Source: Planctomycetota bacterium
GTDB lineage: Bacteria > Planctomycetota > UBA1135 > UBA2386
DNA length: 64,000 nucleotides
Assembly: GCA_965223545.1 (NCBI GenBank)
Contig: OZ245006.1
Coordinates: 2,816,001 to 2,880,000 of the forward strand
Reading direction: 5' to 3'
How positions within the stretch are numbered: position 1 is the first letter of the stretch; each line of letters opens with the position of its first letter. Of this stretch, positions 58,446 to 64,000 are shown in pieces. The position numbers and the translations under genes are program-made. Under the pieces are notes generated by a model, which did no database searches, had not been told where the DNA came from, and saw only the letters and a program-made list of their open reading frames with translations.

Positions 58446-59716
58446 TGAACCGCCCCTGGCTCGAGGTCCACGACAGCGCCACCCTCCGCGGCGCCCTCGC
58501 TGCGCGGCCGCCCCGGGTCGCGCGCGCGACGATCCTGCTCGCCGCCGCCCTGCTCGCCACCGCGACGGTATGGCTCGCCACCGCCGAGGCCACCGAGGTG
58601 GTCATGGCGAGCGGCCGCCTGCGCCCCGTCAGCCCGCCGACCGCCGTGTTCAGCAGCCTGCGCGGCGATCACGACGGCGCCGGCGCCCGCGTGCTCGCGG
58701 TCGGCGTCGCCCCCGGTGACACCGTGCGCCAAGGCGACGTCCTGCTGCAGCTCGACGACCGGTGGTTGGTCGATCGACTCGACCAGGCCGAGCGCGACGC
58801 CGGCAGCGCCGAGGCCGAGCTGGTGCGCCTCCGCGCGCTGGCCGCACTTGCGGCACGGCGCCACACCGCCGATTCCGCGAGCGCGGATGCCGACATCGAG
58901 CGCGCGGCGAACACCGTTGCCCGCGCCGAGCGCCAGCGCGCGGCGACCCTGGCGCTCGCCGAGCTCGCTCAGACCGAATGCCAGCGCGACGTCGACCGAC
59001 TGCGCACCTTGGTTGCGCGCGACGCCGCCGCTCACCAGCGCTTGCTCGACGCCGAGGGCGCGTTGCAGCGCGCGCGGGAAGAGCGTGCGCTGGCGGCACT
59101 CCCGGTCGACGACGCGCCGCACACGGCAGCGCGCCACGCCCGCGCGCTGCTCGACCGCGAGTTCGCCATCGAAGTCGAGGAACACGCGATCGCGATCGAG
59201 CGACAACGCGCTGTCCTGGCGACGGCGCGGGCCGAACGCGACAAGTGGCGGCGCGAGCGCTCGCGCGCGACGATCCACGCGCCGATCGACGGCGTCGTGG
59301 TGCGCGGCGAGCACGCCGCCGGCGACCTGGTCCGTCCGGGCAGCGTCGTCTTCGAACTGGCGGCGACCGACCGCCTGTGCTTCACCGCGGAGGTCGCCAA
59401 CGCCGACGTCGCCGACTTGACCGCCGGCATGCCGGTGCGAATCAAGATCGACGCGCTCGACCATCAGCGGCACGGCACAGTGGTCGGGCGGATCGAGTTC
59501 GTCGCACCCGACGCGGGGTCACGCCAGGCCGGCGACGGCGGCGCGGCGGCGAGCTTCGAAGTGCGCGTCGCGATGGGTGAACCCGCGCGCTGGCACGGCG
59601 GCGAGGGCGGCACGCTCCGGCTGGGAATGACCGGAGTCGCCGAGATCGCCATCGAGCGGCGCACGCTGGGCGCGCTGCTGCTCGACCGCGTGCGGCGCGC
59701 GATTCGACTGGGCTGA
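58445..59716 (+). CDS. HlyD-family membrane fusion protein
   Basis: ATG overlaps the transporter stop (TGATG); TM, GDTVRQGDVLLQLD, coiled coil, IHAPIDGVV, LRLGMTGVAEI. Confidence 0.93.
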   Translation: MNRPWLEVHDSATLRGALAARPPRVARATILLAAALLATATVWLATAEATEVVMASGRLRPVSPPTAVFSSLRGDHDGAGARVLAVGVAPGDTVRQGDVLLQLDDRWLVDRLDQAERDAGSAEAELVRLRALAALAARRHTADSASADADIERAANTVARAERQRAATLALAELAQTECQRDVDRLRTLVARDAAAHQRLLDAEGALQRAREERALAALPVDDAPHTAARHARALLDREFAIEVEEHAIAIERQRAVLATARAERDKWRRERSRATIHAPIDGVVVRGEHAAGDLVRPGSVVFELAATDRLCFTAEVANADVADLTAGMPVRIKIDALDHQRHGTVVGRIEFVAPDAGSRQAGDGGAAASFEVRVAMGEPARWHGGEGGTLRLGMTGVAEIAIERRTLGALLLDRVRRAIRLG

Positions 59717-59820
59717 CTGCCCCGCCAACGAGCTTGGCAGCGGGTTTCTCGAATGCGTCTCGGCTGCACCGCGACGAGCCGCTGAATACCGGCGCGGACC
59801 CCCGTTAGGGTGTCAGACGC

Positions 59821-60765
59821 ATGCATGACTCCCTCGACCATGATCTCGCGCAGCTGCGCGAGCGGATCCACGAGCGAACTCGGTTGCAAGACAAGCTGAC
59901 GGCGGCCCGCGCCGAGCTCGCCAAGGCCAACCGCCAGCGCCAGAAGCTGCGCACCGAGCTCGAGAAAGAAGGCACCGACGTCGCCGAGCTGGAGCGCATG
60001 TCGTTCACCAACCTGATCGTCAGCTTGTTCGGCGACAAGGACCGGCGGTTGGACAAGGAGAAGAAGGAGCTCGCCCAGGCCCAGCTGCGCTACGAGGAGC
60101 ACATGACGCACGTCGAGGCCCTGCGCGACGAGGTCGCCGAGCTGCAGGCCGCCGCCGACGCGCTGCCGGCCGATCTGGACGATCAGTTTGCCGAGCTGTG
60201 CGCGCGCAAGGAGAAGGCGATCCTCCAGTCCGCCGGCGCATCCGGTCGCCAGCTCCAGGCCGTCGCCGAGCAACGGTCCGCGCTCGCCGCCGAACTTGCC
60301 GACATCGACGGGGCGCGGAGCGGGACGGAGCACGCGCTCGCCGCGCTCGAGTCGCTCAAACGCGAGCTCGACGGTGCCCGAGGCTGGGGGATGGTGGACA
60401 TGGCCGGCGGCGGCCTGTTGACCACCGCGCTGAAGCACGGGCGGCTGTCAGCGGCGAAGACCGCGGCCGGCAGAGCGCAGCGCGCGATGTCCCGGTTGCG
60501 CCGCGAGCTGCAGGACGTCGAGGCGCGCGTTCCGCGCCTGAAGGTCGACGTCGGCGGGCTGATGCAGGCGAGCGACTACGTGTTCGACGGCCTGCTCTTC
60601 GATTGGATCGTGCAGTCGAAGATCGGCAAGGCGCGGGAGGAAGTCGATCTGGCGCGGCGACAAGTGCGCAGTGTCGGCACGCGCCTCACTACGCGACACC
60701 GCGAAGCAACGGTGCAGCTCGAGCAGCTGGACCGACAGCGCGACGCGCTGCTCGGCCTCGACTGA
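59821..60765 (+). CDS. Coiled-coil hypothetical protein
   Basis: Heptad-rich; KEGTDVAELE, WGMVDMAGGG, DYVFDGLLFDWIVQSKI; coding-like codon usage. Confidence 0.8.
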   Translation: MHDSLDHDLAQLRERIHERTRLQDKLTAARAELAKANRQRQKLRTELEKEGTDVAELERMSFTNLIVSLFGDKDRRLDKEKKELAQAQLRYEEHMTHVEALRDEVAELQAAADALPADLDDQFAELCARKEKAILQSAGASGRQLQAVAEQRSALAAELADIDGARSGTEHALAALESLKRELDGARGWGMVDMAGGGLLTTALKHGRLSAAKTAAGRAQRAMSRLRRELQDVEARVPRLKVDVGGLMQASDYVFDGLLFDWIVQSKIGKAREEVDLARRQVRSVGTRLTTRHREATVQLEQLDRQRDALLGLD

Positions 60766-60786
60766 GGGCGGCCACGCCGCAGGACG

Positions 60787-62787
60787 TCAGCGGCACTGGA
60801 TGCGCACCCCCGGCGCCACCGCCCAGGTGTGGCTCTCGACCTCGTTGAGCGGCCGCAGCGCGTAGTCCACGCCGTCCGCGAGCTTGGCGTACTCGGCGGG
60901 CGCAACCTGAATGTAGATCTCGCGGAACTCACCGTCCGCCGATGAGAAGCAGCCGACAGCGGCCTCGACGGCGACACTCGGCTGCCCCGCCGCCTCGAGC
61001 ACGAAGCTGCGGTCGGCGTGGCGCGTGAACGCCTTGAGCTGATCCCCGTCCTGGCCGTCGATCCACTCGTCGACGTGCGCCAACAAGTGGCCCGATCCCG
61101 GCAGAGCTTCGCGAATCCACGACGGGGTGTCGGGAGCGTTGGCCCAGTACAGCCGGGTGACGGTGAGCCGCCGGTGACCGCCGGCGCCGACAGCCGATTC
61201 CGCGCTCCCCTCATCGGCCGGGCGCGTGAGTGTCACTCCGGAGAGCACTTTCCAGTGCGGGGGGCCGCCGCCGTTGACCGCCCGGAGCGTGTAGGCGACC
61301 CCCGCGGTCATCTTCGCCAGCTCGGGGGGATCGATCTGCAGGTAGAACTCATTGGTCCAGAAACCGCGCCGCGCCTCGGCACGGACGTCGGGGTGTCCCG
61401 CCGCCTCGAACACGAACTCCTTGTCGAGCGCCGCATAGACCTCCATGTAGCGATCGACTCCGTCGAACTCTTCGTCGACACGCATCAGGACGTGGCCCGA
61501 TCCGTCGCGCACACACTCGTCCTCGCCGATCCACGCCGGCCGGTCGGGCCCGTGGAACCAACAAGCCCGCGAGACGGTCAAGCGCTGCAACGGCCCATCC
61601 TCGACCTCGGGATTGTCGAGGTCCGCGTGCACCCCGAACCGGTCGGAGATGCCGATCGCGGCGTACGGGTTGTTGTGGTTGAAGACGAACGTCTTGCGGT
61701 GTTTGGCCGACCAAACACCCCAAGTGTCCTGCAGCCCCCACTCGCTCAGATCGTTGAAGGTGTGGACGTGGGTCAGCAACCCGAACATGCCGCGGTCCAG
61801 GATCGGCTGACCCAACCGACTGTAGTTGAGGCGCCGCCAGCGCCCGCCGACGTACACCTCGTTGAACGTGTGGGACGCGAAGGCGTTCTCGAGCGGCGCG
61901 AGCCCGCGCAGAATCGCGGCCCGCACCGCGTGGTGGGTCACGCCATGGCGCACCATCTCCACTTGGCGTGGATCGGAGCCATCGACGACCGGGATTGCCA
62001 AGATCATCCGGGTCGGGATGCCGACCGCGCGCAGCACCGTGGTGAGCGCCATCGCCGACGACGTGCAGGTGCCGCGCGTCTTGTGGTAGTACATCGAGCG
62101 ACCGAGCAGCTCGCGTTCGAACAACTCCTCGAAGCTCCACGACAGGTCGGCCTTGTCGATGTTCCGCTCGCGCCCCGGGATTGGCTGAACGACGCCGTCC
62201 GGGTAGTGCACGTGCAGTGCGTTGAAGAGCGGGTAGCTCCGGTAGGTGTCGACGAACCAGCGAGACACCTTCTCCACCACTTCCACGTCGGTCAACGCGT
62301 CCCGTTCGATCCCGGCAGCGCCAAGCTCGGCGAGGAGATCCCGGCGCATCTTGGCGTCCCAGTTCGTGTTGATGCGCGGCGCCAAGAACTCCTTCATCCG
62401 CGCCGCCGCCACCTGCCAGCGACGGGTGCCTTCGATCGCGTCGCCCGCGGTCGACAGCGGATAGTGGATCACCTCGAGCTCGACGTAGTCGGCGGTCTGC
62501 TCGAGCACCCGCGCATCCTGGTAGTCGTCGTCGAGACCGTCACCCAGTCCGCACGGCGGCATCACGCGGACGATCGAGCGGAGCGAATAGGTGTACTCCC
62601 GGCGCTCGTTCCAGTCCCCGTCGGGGGTGCCGTCGCCATCGCTATCGGCGCTCTCGGGATCGGTGCGGTATTTGTGGAGCTCGTGGAAGTCGGCGAGACC
62701 ATCGCGGTCCGTGTCCGGCCCGGCATCGGTTTGAGCGGCGGCTGCGCCGCAGACGAACAGGCCGAGGAGAGAGAACGGAGCGTGCAT
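60787..62787 (-). CDS. Secreted transglutaminase-like protein with N-terminal Ca-binding-type repeats and a duplicated C-terminal domain
   Basis: Signal peptide; DTDRDGLAD..E, DSDGDGTPDG; RGTCTSSA (Cys), RAVGIPTR, HTFNEVYVGGRWRRLN (His). Confidence 0.85.
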   Translation of the reverse strand: MHAPFSLLGLFVCGAAAAQTDAGPDTDRDGLADFHELHKYRTDPESADSDGDGTPDGDWNERREYTYSLRSIVRVMPPCGLGDGLDDDYQDARVLEQTADYVELEVIHYPLSTAGDAIEGTRRWQVAAARMKEFLAPRINTNWDAKMRRDLLAELGAAGIERDALTDVEVVEKVSRWFVDTYRSYPLFNALHVHYPDGVVQPIPGRERNIDKADLSWSFEELFERELLGRSMYYHKTRGTCTSSAMALTTVLRAVGIPTRMILAIPVVDGSDPRQVEMVRHGVTHHAVRAAILRGLAPLENAFASHTFNEVYVGGRWRRLNYSRLGQPILDRGMFGLLTHVHTFNDLSEWGLQDTWGVWSAKHRKTFVFNHNNPYAAIGISDRFGVHADLDNPEVEDGPLQRLTVSRACWFHGPDRPAWIGEDECVRDGSGHVLMRVDEEFDGVDRYMEVYAALDKEFVFEAAGHPDVRAEARRGFWTNEFYLQIDPPELAKMTAGVAYTLRAVNGGGPPHWKVLSGVTLTRPADEGSAESAVGAGGHRRLTVTRLYWANAPDTPSWIREALPGSGHLLAHVDEWIDGQDGDQLKAFTRHADRSFVLEAAGQPSVAVEAAVGCFSSADGEFREIYIQVAPAEYAKLADGVDYALRPLNEVESHTWAVAPGVRIQCR

Positions 62788-62802
62788 CGCTACAACCTCC
62801 AG

Positions 62803-64000
62803 TCAGTAGGAGAGGACCTCGATCTTCTCGGGATCGAGCCGAATCGGCCGGCGGCCGAGCTCGACGCCAGCTCTGAAGGCCACCAGAGTGGTGGCGGCCT
62901 CGCTGGTGGTGAGCACTGGCGACTCACCGCCGCGGAGGCCGCATCGCAGCTCGCCCACGCTAGCACGGTAGCTCGTCGCGTACAGTCGCAGCGGCCGACC
63001 CTCGACATCGAGGAGAGAGAAGGCATCGACCGGCAAACCCGGCGAGGCCTCGAAGCGAAAACGACAGCGCCGCGCCAGCTCGAGCTCGTGCCATCCGGCG
63101 CGCTCGACCGGTCGGCTCCAGTCCAAGACCTCCGGTCCGCTGGCGTTGAGGCGCATGCTCGCCATCACCACCTCGCCCAGGTCGAAGTGACCGCGCGCGT
63201 CGGTGCACACGACGCGCCCACGCGTCGAGCGACGGTAGCCGCGCCCGTTGTCGTCGACCTCGAGTCCGAGCGCGACCTCGATGCCCGCCAGCGGCAGGCC
63301 GCCCAGCGAGCGCGCCACGCCGCGCACTCGGGTGCGGGCCGGCAACGGAACCGACAGCACGACGTCTCGGGAACCGACTTCGAGCGGCGGAGACTCGAAG
63401 CTCTGCAGGTCGCGCGGATTCCACGCCCAAACGCGGTACGGCCCAGAACGGAGACCGCGCATCTCGAAGGAACCGTCCGCGCGCGTGCGCACCCGATTGG
63501 GCGCACCACGCGACAGATCCTCCGCCAGAACGACGGGCAGCTCGCGGTCATCGACGACGACGCCATCGAGCAACTTGACCATCCAGCCCGCACAGGGCGC
63601 GCCGTCCGGGCGGCGGAGCCGCGCCGAGATCGACCTCGCCGGCCCGCCGAGGACAAGACAGACGTGGGCTTCCCCTAGCGGCAGCCGCCCACCGAAGTTC
63701 TCGAGCACCGCGGGCTGCCACCCCGGCGCGGCGGCAACCAGCGGCGCCGGCGATGACGGCGTGGAGATCGCGAACTCGCCGCGCTCACCGGCGCGCGCTT
63801 CTCCTCCGCCCCACCGGACGACGGCTCCCGCGACTGGCAAGCCACCGCGGTCCACCACCGTTCCACGCAGGCTGCGGCGGGCTGGCGGCTCGGCGCTCAA
63901 CGCGATCGCCATCACCTCTCCGGCCGCGCCCAACGGCCGCCGCGCCGTATGGTAGCCCGCCGCGCGCACGGTGAGCACGGCGTCTTCGGCGGTCGGAACG
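62803..64000 (-). CDS. Carboxypeptidase-regulatory-like repeat protein (partial, start beyond the right edge)
   Basis: Repeats LRGTVVDRGGLPVAGA, TRADGSFEMRGL..GPY, TDARGHF. Confidence 0.75.
   Translation of the reverse strand, partial: VPTAEDAVLTVRAAGYHTARRPLGAAGEVMAIALSAEPPARRSLRGTVVDRGGLPVAGAVVRWGGGEARAGERGEFAISTPSSPAPLVAAAPGWQPAVLENFGGRLPLGEAHVCLVLGGPARSISARLRRPDGAPCAGWMVKLLDGVVVDDRELPVVLAEDLSRGAPNRVRTRADGSFEMRGLRSGPYRVWAWNPRDLQSFESPPLEVGSRDVVLSVPLPARTRVRGVARSLGGLPLAGIEVALGLEVDDNGRGYRRSTRGRVVCTDARGHFDLGEVVMASMRLNASGPEVLDWSRPVERAGWHELELARRCRFRFEASPGLPVDAFSLLDVEGRPLRLYATSYRASVGELRCGLRGGESPVLTTSEAATTLVAFRAGVELGRRPIRLDPEKIEVLSY

Noticed and set aside
52297..63678. Long ORFs 52297-55242 (+), 56763-58406 (-) and 61018-63678 (+)
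   Set aside because: Antisense to well-supported transporter and transglutaminase genes.
1..64000. CRISPR array, tRNA, rRNA, prophage or integron
   Set aside because: No regularly spaced repeats, RNA-gene signatures, phage structural genes or tyrosine integrase seen by eye; a covariance-model scan was not possible.

Overview
High-GC bacterial genomic DNA, densely coding, with about 47 credible CDSs. The style of the secreted proteins suggests a Planctomycetota-like genome, which is inference only. Contents, left to right: partial pilT; RNase D; a secretin-N-like protein/ECF sigma/anti-sigma operon; a small protein plus retropepsin-like protease pair; a truncated globin; an SGNH/TPR protein; a vWA lipoprotein; an IS110 element inserted into a perfect 40-bp-arm palindrome; a surface-acylation cluster (two MBOATs, AlgJ-like and other SGNH proteins, a carrier protein and a convergent amidinotransferase); an ATP-dependent DNA ligase; a SWIM-SNF2 helicase; a DUF234-type ATPase; a run of secreted proteins; an IS1634; a second IS110; a cytochrome P460-like/rhodanese fusion; an arylsulfotransferase; a MacAB/FtsX-type exporter divergent from a double-glycine peptide + C39 ABC transporter + HlyD operon; and a transglutaminase-like protein. 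The most notable observations are (1) about ten otherwise unrelated exported proteins sharing a ~100-130 aa C-terminal domain, one of them consisting of that domain alone, a candidate lineage-specific sorting/anchoring signal; (2) a double-Gly peptide export system whose core ends in FNPQPEPPRFYF with no modifying enzyme in the window; (3) two IS110 elements whose non-coding ends contain copies of their own terminal sequences, as expected for bridge-RNA guides; (4) the MBOAT/ACP/amidinotransferase cluster; (5) the P460-rhodanese fusion. No rRNA, tRNA or CRISPR array was seen. All family calls come from motif reading by eye, not database searches.
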